Shown: one piece after another, positions 26,401 through 37,332 of the stretch
How the letters are laid out: every line of letters begins with the position of its first letter
How positions within the stretch are numbered: the stretch's first letter is position 1
From: Eledone cirrhosa
Taxonomy: Eukaryota
Direction of reading: 5' to 3'
Length of the DNA: 64,000 bases
Assembly: GCA_964016885.1 (NCBI GenBank)
Contig: OZ024741.1
Coordinates: 132,742,001-132,806,000, forward strand
Position numbers and translations under genes: made by a program
The notes under the pieces: model-generated
Told to the model about the DNA's origin: nothing
Seen by the model: only the letters and a program-made list of their open reading frames with translations
Database searches by the model: none

Positions 26401-28924
26401 TGTGTGGTTGTGTTACATTACAGCAGTGGATGTGTGTGGGTGGGTGTGTTTTTGTGTGTTACATTACAGCAGTGGATGTGTGTGGCTGGGTGTGTGGTTG
26501 TGTGTTACATCACAGCAGTGGATGTGTGTGGCTTGGTGTGAGGTTGTGTGTTACATTACAGCAGTGGATGTGTGTGGCTGGGTGTGTGGTTGTGTTACAT
26601 TACAGCAGTGGATGTGTGTGGCTGGGTGTGTGGTTGTGTGTTACATTACAGCAGTTGATGTGTGGCTGGGTGTGTGGTTGTGTTACATTACAACAGTGGA
26701 TGTGTGTGGCTGGGTGTTTGGTTGTGTTACTTTACAGCAGTGGATGTGTGTGGCTGGGTGTGTGGTTGTGTTACATTACAGCAGTGGATGTGTGTGGGTG
26801 GGTGTGTTTTTGTGTGTTACATTACAGCAGTGGATGTGTGTGGCTGGGTGTGTGGTTGTGTGTTACATCACAGCAGTGGATGTGTGTGGCTTGGTGTGAG
26901 GTTGTGTGTTACATTACAGCAGTGGATGTGTGTGGCTGGGTGTGTGGTTGTGTTACATTACAGCAGTGGATGTGTGTGGCTGGGTGTGTGGTTGTGTTAC
27001 ATTACAGCAGTGGATGTGTGTGGTTGTGTTACATTACAGCAGTGGATGTGTGTGGCTGGGTGTGTGGTTGTGTTACATTACAGCAGTGGATGTGTGTGGC
27101 TGGGTGTGAGGTTGTGTGTTACATTACAGCAGTGGATGTGTGTGGCTGGGTGTGTGGTTGTGTTACATTACAGCAGTGGATGTGTGTGGCTGGGTGTGTG
27201 GTTGTGTGTTACATTACAGCAGTAGATGTGTGTGGCTGGGTGTGTGGTTGTGTGTTACATTACAGCAGTGGATGTGTGTGGTTGTGTTACATTACAGCAG
27301 TGGATGTGTGTGGCTGGGTGTGTGGTTGTGTTACATTACAGCAGTGGATGTGTGTGGCTTGGTGTGAGGTTGTGTGTTACATTACAGCAGTGGATGTGTG
27401 TGGCTGGGTGTGTGGTTGTGTTACATTACAGCAGTGGATGTGTGTGGCTGGGTGTGTGGTTGTGTTACATTACAGCAGTGGATGTGTGTGGCTTGGTGTG
27501 AGGTTGTGTGTTACATTACAGCAGTGGATGTGTGTGGCTGGGTGTGTGGTTGTGTTACATTACAACAGTGGATGTGTGTGGCTGGGTGTTTGGTTGTGTT
27601 ACTTTACAGCAGTGGATGTGTGTGGCTGGGTGTGTGGTTGTGTTACATTACAACAGTGGATGTGTGTGGCCGGGTGTGTGGTTGTGTTACATTACAGTAG
27701 TGGATGTGTGTGGCTGGGTGTGTTTTTGTGTGTTACATTACAGCAGTGGATGTGTGTGGCTGGGTGTGTGGTTGTGTTACATTACAGCAGTGGATGTGTG
27801 TGGCTGGGTGTGTGATTGTGTTACATTACAGCAGTGGATGTGTGTGACTGGGTGTGTGGTTGTGTGTTACATTACAGCAGTGGATGTGTGTGGCTTGGTG
27901 TGAGGTTGTGTGTTACATTACAGCAGTGGATGTGTGTGGCTGGGTGTGAGGTTGTGTGTTACATTACAGCAGTGGCTGGGTGTGTGGTTGTGTTACATTA
28001 CAACAGTGGATGTGTGTGGCTGGGTGTGTGGTTGTGTTACATTACAGCAGTGGATGTGTGTGGCTGGGTGTGTGGTTGTGTGTTACATTACAGCAGTGGA
28101 TGTGTGTGGTTGTGTTACATTACAGCAGTGGATGTGTGTGGCTGGGTGTGTGGTTGAGTGTGACATTACAGCAGTGGATGTGTGTGGCTGGATGTGTGGT
28201 TGTGTTACATTACAACAGTGGATGTGTGTGGCTGTGTGTGTGGTTGTGTGTTACATTACAGCAGTGGATGTGTGTGGCTGGATGTGTGGTTGTGTTACAT
28301 TACAACTGGATGTGTGTGGCTGGGTGCGTGGTTGTGTGTTACATTACAGCAGTGGATGTGTGTGGCTGGGTGTGAGGTTGTGTTACATTACAACAGTGGA
28401 TGTGTGTGGCTGGGTGCGTGGTTGTGTGTTACATTACAGCAGTGGATGTGTGTGGCTGGGTGTGAGGTTGTGTGTTACATTACAGCAGTGGATGTGTGTG
28501 GCTGGGTGTGAGGTTGTGTGTTACATTACAGCAGTGGATGTGTGTGGCTGGGTGTGAGGTTGTGTGTTACATTACAGCAGTGGATGTGTGTGGCTGGGTG
28601 TGTGGTTGTGTTACATTACAACAGTGGATGTGTGGCTGGGTGTGTGGTGTCTGTTACATTACAGCAGTGGATGTGTGTGGCTGGGTGTGTGGTTGTGTTA
28701 CATTACAGCAGTGGATGTGTGTGGCTTGGTGTGTTTTTGTGTGTTACATTACAGCAGTGGAAGTGTGTGGCTGGGTGTGTGGTTGTGTTACATTACAGCA
28801 GTGGATGTGTGTGGCTGGGTGTGTGGTTGTGTTACATTACAGCAGTGGATGTGTGTGGCTTGGTGTGAGGTTGTGTGTTACATTACAGCAGTGGATGTGT
28901 GTGGCTGGGTGTGTGGTTGTGTGT
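11494..28924. repeat. Giant intronic minisatellite, 44-46 bp unit, roughly 390-400 copies
   Basis: Unit TTACATTACAGCAGTGGATGTGTGTGGCTGGGTGTG(T/A)GGTTGTG(TG); degenerate shorter units continue to ~29040. Confidence 0.98.
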
Positions 28925-29689
28925 ATAACAATACAGTACCACATGTGTATGGATGTCTGTGTAATATAACTGCAGTGGATGTGTGTGGATGTGTGTGTAA
29001 CATTACTGCAGTGGATGTGTGTAGATATATGTGTAACATATATATGTACATTCCTTCAATTCTTTTACAGTTGAATAGCTGTGACCATGCTGTAGCATCC
29101 AGTGGTTCTCAACCTTTTCATTAGAAGGGATGTATTTTATTTTTATTTAAATAAATTACTCCCCTTCCAGATTGTTATACAGTGAGATTAAGAATCAGAA
29201 TGGGAAAATGTCCATACTTAAAGAATGGATACATTCAAAATATAAAGGACGTAATTACAAAATATTTTGTTTGATGCTCTACTAATTCTGCCATCCCCTG
29301 ATGTGTATATAACAACATGTAACCCATAAATCTGGTGCAAATAATAGACTGGATTTGATCAAATTACCTACACCAGACTCTTTAGTGTGAATTGTTAGAA
29401 CCTCAGAATATATTTGTTCTGACTATATGCTCTCAGTTCAAATCCTGACAAGATTAAGTTGATAAATTACCAGTCCAGTATTGGAGTTCCATTCTTCCTC
29501 CATCTCTGGCAGAAATCACCCGTATTTAAACCTGGAGAAGGATGGAGTCTTGCAGATTTAAATGACAGCACTCCTGTGACTTCATCAGGCGATCAGGGCC
29601 CATTGATGCATGGACCCCGCTCAATGTCACTATAATATACTGGACTTAATTCAGTTAGTGATGTATACTCAACTTCATCAGCAGCAGCA

Positions 29690-30170
29690 CTGTTTTGTGT
29701 CTATTTTCCATATTTGTATGGGTTAGATGGGTCGTCATGTTCTGAGGCTGACAACATGTGATGACCACAACATGTTCATACATTCTATTTCGGCATAGTT
29801 TCTACTATTAGATGCTCTTCCTAATGCAACCACTTCACAACATGTACTGGGTGCAATTATTTTAGCACAAACACTACTTCTTTATAGGGTGTTATAGGTG
29901 TGTTTTATTGTAGCACCAGCTCTACCTCTTCATGGAGTGTACTGTATGCATTTTATTGTGGCACTAGCACTGCCACTTCATAGAGTAGACTGGGTACATT
30001 TTATAGTGGCACTAGCGCTACCACTTTACAGACTGGGTTATCTGCATTTTAGTATGGCTCCAGCATTACTATTATATAGAGTGTGGTGGGTGTATTTTAT
30101 TGTGACACCAGCACTACCACTTTGCAAATTGGACTGGGTGTATTTTATTGTGGCACCAGCACACTACCAT
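29690..30170 (-). repeat. ~6-7 copies of the same 48 bp module plus RTE-type tail (reverse orientation)
   Basis: 16-aa periodicity in spurious ORF 29898-30197; TTTTATTGTGGCACCAGCACT repeats; GATGCTCTTCCTAATGC. Confidence 0.7.
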
Positions 30171-30290
30171 CTCAGCAAAATAAATTCAGGTGACTAAATG
30201 ATGATTATAGGCCTTTGATAAATCAAATCCCCCCCCCCCCCCCCCCCACACACACACAAAGTCAATTCAAGTAAAATATATACAACTTAC

Positions 30291-30774
30291 CCTTCTTTAA
30301 CCCTGAGTTTTGGTCGTGGAATCTTGTTGGATGAATTGGATTGTGATGTGTGAATAGTCGTGGGTATTATCTGGACAGGCCTTTCACTAAAACCCACTTT
30401 TGATTGCAGGTGAGTGTGAGTATGTCGATGATGATGCTGTTGAAAGTGTTGATGTATTGCTAAAGGGATTCCCATACTAGGGAGCTGATTACAACGAGCT
30501 GTAGGAGATTGCAGAGATGGGTCATTACCGCCGCCAAAATTCCTTTTGAGTGCACTTTTTTTCGGTATAAGATTCAAGTTGGGCTCACATGCTGGTATAG
30601 CCTCAAATGCTTCTGCCGCTGTTAAATTATCATAATCATCTGTTGTTGGACTTTCGGCACTGTTCTCATCCCTGTCGTAGTCTTTTTGTTGGCATCTCAA
30701 AATACCATGGCCCTCATGTCTGTCGTTCTCCTTCCGAGACCTTATAATGTTTCGCTCATTCTGGCAATTATCAC
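30291..30774 (-). CDS. PHACTR: PHACTR-family gene, internal exon C (484 nt, phase 1-2)
   Basis: Acceptor gttacag|GT, donor GAAGG|gtaagt. Open frame includes EAIPACEPNLNLIPKKSALKR and KVGFSERPVQII; overlaps ORF 30287-30700. Confidence 0.87.
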
Positions 30775-30855
30775 CTGTAACAGTAACAGATAAGAAGAGT
30801 CATACATAACAGCTTCTGGAGCATATTAACTAGACAGACACACAGATCAACTTAA

Positions 30856-31335
30856 TCAGGGTTAGTTATAGGTCTACTGAGTCAGGGCTAATTATAGGTC
30901 TACTGAGTCAGGGCTAATTATAGGTCTACTGAGTCAGGGCTAATTATAGGTCTACTGAGTCAGGGCTAATTATAGGTCTACTGAGTCAGGGCTAATTATA
31001 GGTCTACTGAGTCAGGGCTAATTATAGGTCTACTGAGTCAGGGCTAATTATAGGTCTACTGAGTCAGGGCTAATTATAGGTCTACTGAATGAGGGTTACT
31101 TATAGGTCTATTGAATCAAGTTGATTATAGGTCTACTGAATCAGGGTTAATTATAGGTAAACTTAATGAGGGTTAATTATAGGTCTACTGAATCAGGTTG
31201 ATTATAGGTCTACTGAATCAGGGTTAATTATAGGTCTACTGAATCAGAGTTGATTATAGATCAACTTATTAATGGTTGATTATAGATCTATTAAATCAGG
31301 GTTGATTAAATCTACTACTGAATCAGGGCTGATTC
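30856..31335. repeat. 26 bp tandem repeat (8 perfect and ~10 degenerate units)
   Basis: Unit TGAGTCAGGGCTAATTATAGGTCTAC starting at 30878, 30904, ... 31060. Confidence 0.95.
30878..31079. promoter_or_regulatory. Candidate enhancer-like cluster: 8 AP-1 (TGAGTCA) and 8 MEF2 (CTAATTATAG) consensus sites
   Basis: Exact matches to TGASTCA and YTA(A/T)4TAR in every perfect unit; motif match only, no functional data. Confidence 0.3.
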
Positions 31336-31628
31336 AGTTGTTTCAACTCTGTTTAATTTTAATATTGAATTAACCCTTTCATTGCCATATTTCTAATGAA
31401 AGACACTGCCTGTGATTGTCAAATTCTTTTGATAATCATCATCAGAATTAGCAAAACATTCTTGAAAAGTACAAAACAGAAATATGACTGTATCACATTT
31501 AAAAATCAAATCTTTACTTTAGGCTTTTGCAAATTTTGCACAATGATCTGACCACTATTAAAGATACTATAAATATTTGAATTAACAAACCCGTTTTAAG
31601 ATATTTTCTGCTAAATCATTACAGGATA

Positions 31629-32107
31629 CTAGCAGAAAAACCACCCTTCGGGTGGTTGTCTGTTAGCATGTGTAGTGTGTATATTGATATTATATGCAAA
31701 TATATATGCATGTAGATATGATACATCAAATAAAATCATAATTGACAATATCTACAGAAATTGAACGAAGTCTATGTTACACTCTCTTCTGTAATCAGTA
31801 AAGTAATACATGATACATTTAAAAAAGATGATAATATATATAAACTGCATTAGGAAAATATTAGCGACAGAAATATATGCAATATTTTTATAAGTGTTAT
31901 AATATAACCGGAAGTGTTGACATTGAAAGTTTTAAAGAAGTGAATCTTTAAATAAGCAATAAAATATATTTAATCAAGAGTTACGAAATTTAGTAGATGT
32001 AATATTCATTCATTATTTATTCAAAGTAATCCAACTTATTTTACAAACGGAGTAAAAAAATATATTCTGGATGCAGTCCTGCACTCCTTTCTTTATTATA
32101 GTTAAGA
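31629..32107 (-). mobile_element. Non-autonomous Helitron (479 bp)
   Basis: Minus strand reads A|TCTTAACTATAATAAAG...ACCACCC-GAA-GGGTGGT-TTTTCTG-CTAG|T: 5' TC, subterminal hairpin, 3' CTAG, A|T target, no TSD. A paralogous empty site is at ~43000-43030. Confidence 0.85.
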
Positions 32108-32385
32108 TTAAGAGTTAAGTTAGTCTTTGGAACATAATTTAAAGATTCTTATATAGAATTATGATGGAAGGTTTTTTTTTAATATATTTTACACTCTTTA
32201 AAATAAACAGCTTAATACTGTAGATCAAGGGTGGTTTCAGGTGGCTTGGTATTAAAAACGAATCAAGTTTAAGTGACAATAAGATGAGAAGTAAATGAAA
32301 TAATCTGTATTAAACATCCTATACTCACCACTCATTAGAATTATTATGAAAAAAAAAATGTTATGCTGTTAAAATATTTGCTTAC

Positions 32386-32547
32386 CTGAATATATATGTT
32401 CATGAGAATCCACTTCTATCTGAAGATGTTGTGGCCGCATACAATCACCAGTTATCCCCCTATCAACAGTATCGTTGGGTTGATCTGGGGGTTCTTTTGT
32501 CCGTGGATACATGGAAATGACAACGGGACGGACCTGTGCAGCAGTCA
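32386..32547 (-). CDS. PHACTR: PHACTR-family gene, internal exon B (162 nt, phase 1-1)
   Basis: Acceptor ttttacag|TG, donor TCAG|gtaagc. Open frame TAAQVRPVVISMYPRTKEPP...HEHIYS. Phases match both neighbours. Confidence 0.8.
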
Positions 32548-34020
32548 CTGTAAAATAGTAAAATAAATAAAAAATACTGAGAACATAGATAGAAAGTGAT
32601 CTCTACCTAACCTGTGTTACAAATGTGTTCTACTGAGCAGAATGTGAATTACTTTGAACACAGAATTTGTAGCAATTTTAACACAGTTTGTAGAACTTTT
32701 GACAATGTACTTAAAACTTCCAAACATTAACTGAATGAACACTCAATGTAAATATTATTATCTGAAGAGAAGACTTCAAAGTTAAAGCCTGGTTGATCCA
32801 TCTGGCTACTTAGATAAAGCATCTAAACTGAAACTTCAAAGTCACAGTTACTTTTCCCTTCAGAAAAAGAACAACACTGATTTACAATATGAAATTATGT
32901 TTCAGTGCAAGACAGATTATAAGTAAATAGTAATATTTAATGTCTTACTTCCTTTTGTAAATTACCATATATATGCATATAACTCAGAAATATGTGAAAA
33001 ACAAAAATTAATGGTAAAATATATACGAGGTTAATATTGTGCCAATTTTCACCAACTTCCAATCTTACATTGCTAAAATATTTTCCCTTTGGAGGTGAAA
33101 TTTGTTTTTCCTATTGTTTTTTTATGTTTTGAATGAATATGGTCTTCAAAACAGTCAGAAATTGGTAATGGAGTTGTGAAATAAAAACTATACTCCAAAC
33201 AACACTTAAAACATTTTAAAAATGAAACTATTAAATCTTCATAAATATAATCTCCACTCATAAGAACTTCAAGACTGCCCCATCTAAATATGTGGCTTAG
33301 ATTTTTGCCTATTTCTTAGACATAAAATGGCGGGGAGGGATATTCGAATATATATATCTGCAAAGCCTGGCACCTGGTTATTGTTTATCCCCAGGTCAGC
33401 TCTGTTTCAGCAAAGATATTTTGGCCAAAACCAACCCATCTTTTTTTGTATATCTATGATTACCTTCTGGTATGTGCCCTTCCTTTTTTGAGAGATATAT
33501 TTTGTTGCTATTTAGACACACAAACATTCCTTTGTTAACATCTAGTTTAATAAAGGAGTATCCTAGTAAAATATTGCATTTTTAAAGTTGTTGTATGATA
33601 AAGATCATTTCAAAACATTTTAAATAATTACACTGCCCCAACTATAGTCATTTACTTTGAAAACAACAACCATAAAATATGATTTATCAGCAGCTAAAAA
33701 TTTATTGTTTGCTACAAATTATATACGGCAGTGAATTGGCAAAGTTATTTGAGTGTCAGATAAATTAGGTCAACTTTGCCTTTCTTTCATCCTCTCAAAG
33801 TTGATAAAATACCAGTCAAATACTGGAGTTGATTGTCTCTCTCCTTTGCCTCTGGAAGAAATCAGGTGTGTTCATACTTGGGGAGGGATGAGCTATGCAA
33901 GGCTTAAATGCCCAAAACATGTCATATGTTAAAACTACACCCCTACAACTCTCTCTCTATATATATATATATACACACATATATATATGTATATATATAT
34001 ATATATATATACACATATAT

Positions 34021-34716
34021 GATTTGAGATTTCTCCCGGTACTCTAATCAGAGTATCATTATTTTCTCAATGAAATTGCAGTAGGGACATTAAAGTGAGT
34101 AAGTACAGAGTTTTTCTTATCTTGATTGCTTTTCCCATATATGATTTTATTAGGATCTGAATCTGTTGATTTTATTAACTCTTTCATAAAACCAAACTTA
34201 TTATAAGTTGGGCACTCTGTATGTACTCAAGTAGAGATATATACAGTTCTTCGTTTAATATATAATACACTCCCTTGTGATAGAGTCAAAATTTGGTTGA
34301 ATCGAACTACTAATTCTAGTAGCACATAGCCTGCCATTGTCCACATTACTACCCTCTTGTTGGTCACTTGTCACATGATAGTCCTTCCACTCGAAATTTT
34401 CACTGACAGTGAATGGCTAAGAATTCTTGTCTTGAATTTTTTTTTCTGGACTGAGAAAGTCTCCCGATGATTTGAAATTTCTCATGGTACTCTACTTGGA
34501 GTATCGTTATTTTCTCAATGAAAATGCAGTAGGGACATTAAAGGGAGTAAGTAAAGATTGTTTGCTTTTCCCATATATGATTTTATTAGACTCTGAATCT
34601 GTTGATTTTATTAACTCTTCCATAGAACCAACTTAGTATAAGTTGGATGCTCTGTATGTATCTATACTTTTATCTATACTCGTGTAGCGATACATATACT
34701 TCTTCATTTAATATAT
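34021..34716. repeat. Two diverged direct repeats of ~245 bp
   Basis: 34021-34262 and 34469-34716 both run GATTTGA.ATTTCTC..GGTACTCTA...TTCTTC.TTTAATATATA. Confidence 0.8.
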
Positions 34717-35125
34717 ATGTATAGAGAGAGGGGGGGAGTACTGGGGTGGATTCTTTCTCAGTACCTCTCTCTCACTTTCTATCCTTCTCTGGAAGAAATC
34801 TGCTGTGTTCAGACCTGGAGAGGGGCAGGCTCCATCAGGCTTAAAATGCCCAACAAACACTGTACATCAATACAGTGCCCCTACGACGCCATCAGGGATT
34901 ACGGAACCATACCAACGTAATATACCAGCATTGTATTGTAGAGATCCATATTGTTTTTCTATGCTGAATCTTCTTATATAAACACTAAGAAATTGTTAAA
35001 TATGAGGAACAAATGGAAAAAATAATGGGATGTTTTAGATTACTTACCAATATAAGATAAGGCCAGCAATTTGGAAGGAGGGGAAAGTCAACTGAATTGA
35101 CACTAGTACTTGACTGGTATTTTAA

Positions 35126-35337
35126 CCCTTTGGCATTTACATTACTCTATATTTACTATTGTATTTTCATGGTAAAGGCTTTACCTCACATAATTATTTC
35201 ACATAATATCAAATCTATGAGATTCTGATGTTATGAACAATACTTTAAAATTGTTATGAGTGGTCAATTATGGCCAGTTTGAACAGAAAGAGGTGAGAGA
35301 ATTCTAGCCGGGTACGGCTGATTTAAATGCTAAAGGG
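35126..35337. mobile_element. piggyBac-type MITE (212 bp) inserted in a SINE
   Basis: TTAA on both sides; TIRs CCCTTTGGCATTTA / TAAATGCTAAAGGG. Confidence 0.8.
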
Positions 35338-35475
35338 TTAATTTATTGACCCAAGAAAGATGAATGGCAAAGTTGACCAGAATAAATAGAACAGAATAAA
35401 GCAGAGTAAATAGAACAAATTATATGGTCTGGTGCTCTACAGATTCTACCAATCCACCATTCTACTTACCATTAT

Positions 35476-35554
<79 letters not shown>

Positions 35555-35651
35555 CATACATATATATTTATATACATACATATATATATTTATATACATA
35601 CATACATATATATATATATTTATAAACATACATATATATATATATATTTAT

Positions 35652-35684
<33 letters not shown>

Positions 35685-36545
35685 CATACATATATATTTA
35701 TATACATACATATATATATTTATATACATACATACATATATATATATATTTATAAACATACATATATATATATATATATTTATATACATACATATATATA
35801 TATATATTTATATACATACATACATATATATATATATATTTATATACATACATATATATATATATATATATTTATATACATACATATATATATATATATT
35901 TATATACATACATATATATATATATATTTATATACATACATATATATATATATATTTATATACATACATATATATATATATATTTATATACATACATATA
36001 TATATATATATTTATATACATACATATATATATATATATTTATATACATACATATATATATATATATATTTATATACATACATATATATATATATTTATA
36101 CATACATATATATATATTTATATACATACATATATATATATTTATATACATACATATATATATATTTATATACATACATACATATATATATATTTATATA
36201 CATACATATATATATATATTTATATACATACATATATATATATATTTATATACATACATATATATATATATTTATATACATACATATATATATATATTTA
36301 TATACATACATATATATATATATTTATATACATACATATATATATATATTTATATACATACATATATATATATATTTATATACATACATATATATATATA
36401 TTTATATACATACATATATATATATTTATATACATACATATATATTTATACACATACATATATATTTATACATACATATATATATTTATACAGATATATA
36501 TATTTATACATACATATATATATTTATACATATATATATATAAAC
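35476..36545. repeat. (TA)n with TACA and TTTA interruptions (~1.07 kb)
   Basis: Direct reading; secondary unit TTTATATACATACATATATATATATA. Confidence 0.95.
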
Positions 36546-37131
36546 ATTTTAACAGTTTATCACATCAACTAATTGAAGGATATAATACAATTTCAAATAA
36601 AATTAAAAATAACAAAAACAAGAAACATTTTTCAACATTTACAGAAGTCAGATGTTGAAGAGTAAACAATAACATATATATATATATAAAAACAATTACG
36701 TATCATTTATAGATATAAAATATTAGACAAATATTTTTTAAATGATCTTAATAAGATGTAAATACAAGTAAAAGACAAATTTACAAAAACAAACACTTCA
36801 GTAATAAAATATTATTAGTGACAAAAGAAAATTATTAAAATATAAGCAAAAGATAGGTTAGAATGAAGCAATTAGTAAGTATTTGTTGAATATATTGTTT
36901 GAAGTGAATAAAATGTTTGTGTGTGTTTGTATGAGAGGGGGGGGGAGAAATGGAGAGGGATGGAAGAGAGATATGACAAAAGAAAGCAGATATTCAGCAA
37001 CCTTTAAAAAATGAATAAAATAAGTATTACTTGGCTATTGTAACATTAAAAACAAGTTAAAATTGAAAAAGACAAACATCTCTGCCAATGGATCTTTTGA
37101 AAACACACATGCATACACACACACACACACA

Positions 37132-37332
37132 CAATACATTAAGTAGAAAGAGTTAATAATTCATTTCAGATGGAGATGATTTCTACAGGACTACCACTGT
37201 TTCATTCATTTGGAATCATCCAGGAAGTCCCTGATGATTTCCTGATGGTTTCAACTGAGTGAAACAGTGTTAGTCCTGTAGAAATCATTTCCATTTGAAG
37301 TAAATTTTTTACCCTCTCTATATAATGTATTG
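37132..37332. repeat. ~200 bp imperfect palindrome
   Basis: ~95 bp arms (..GATTTCTACAGGACTA..CACTGTTTCA.. / ..TGAAACAGTG..TAGTCCTGTAGAAATC..), mostly transition mismatches. Confidence 0.88.

Noticed and set aside
11494-28924. CRISPR-like look (constant core with variable intervening sequence)
   Set aside because: The intervening parts are near-identical GT-rich repeats and not unique spacers; no cas genes; spliced eukaryotic context.
11494-28924. Telomere-like TG-rich array
   Set aside because: No TTAGGG units, internal intronic position; the likeness to yeast TG1-3 is compositional.
11514-29124. Many long Cys/Val/Trp-rich ORFs (up to 631 aa)
   Set aside because: All three frames give the same rotating peptide because the 44/46 bp units shift frame and rarely contain stops; no frame preservation, and they are antisense within an intron.
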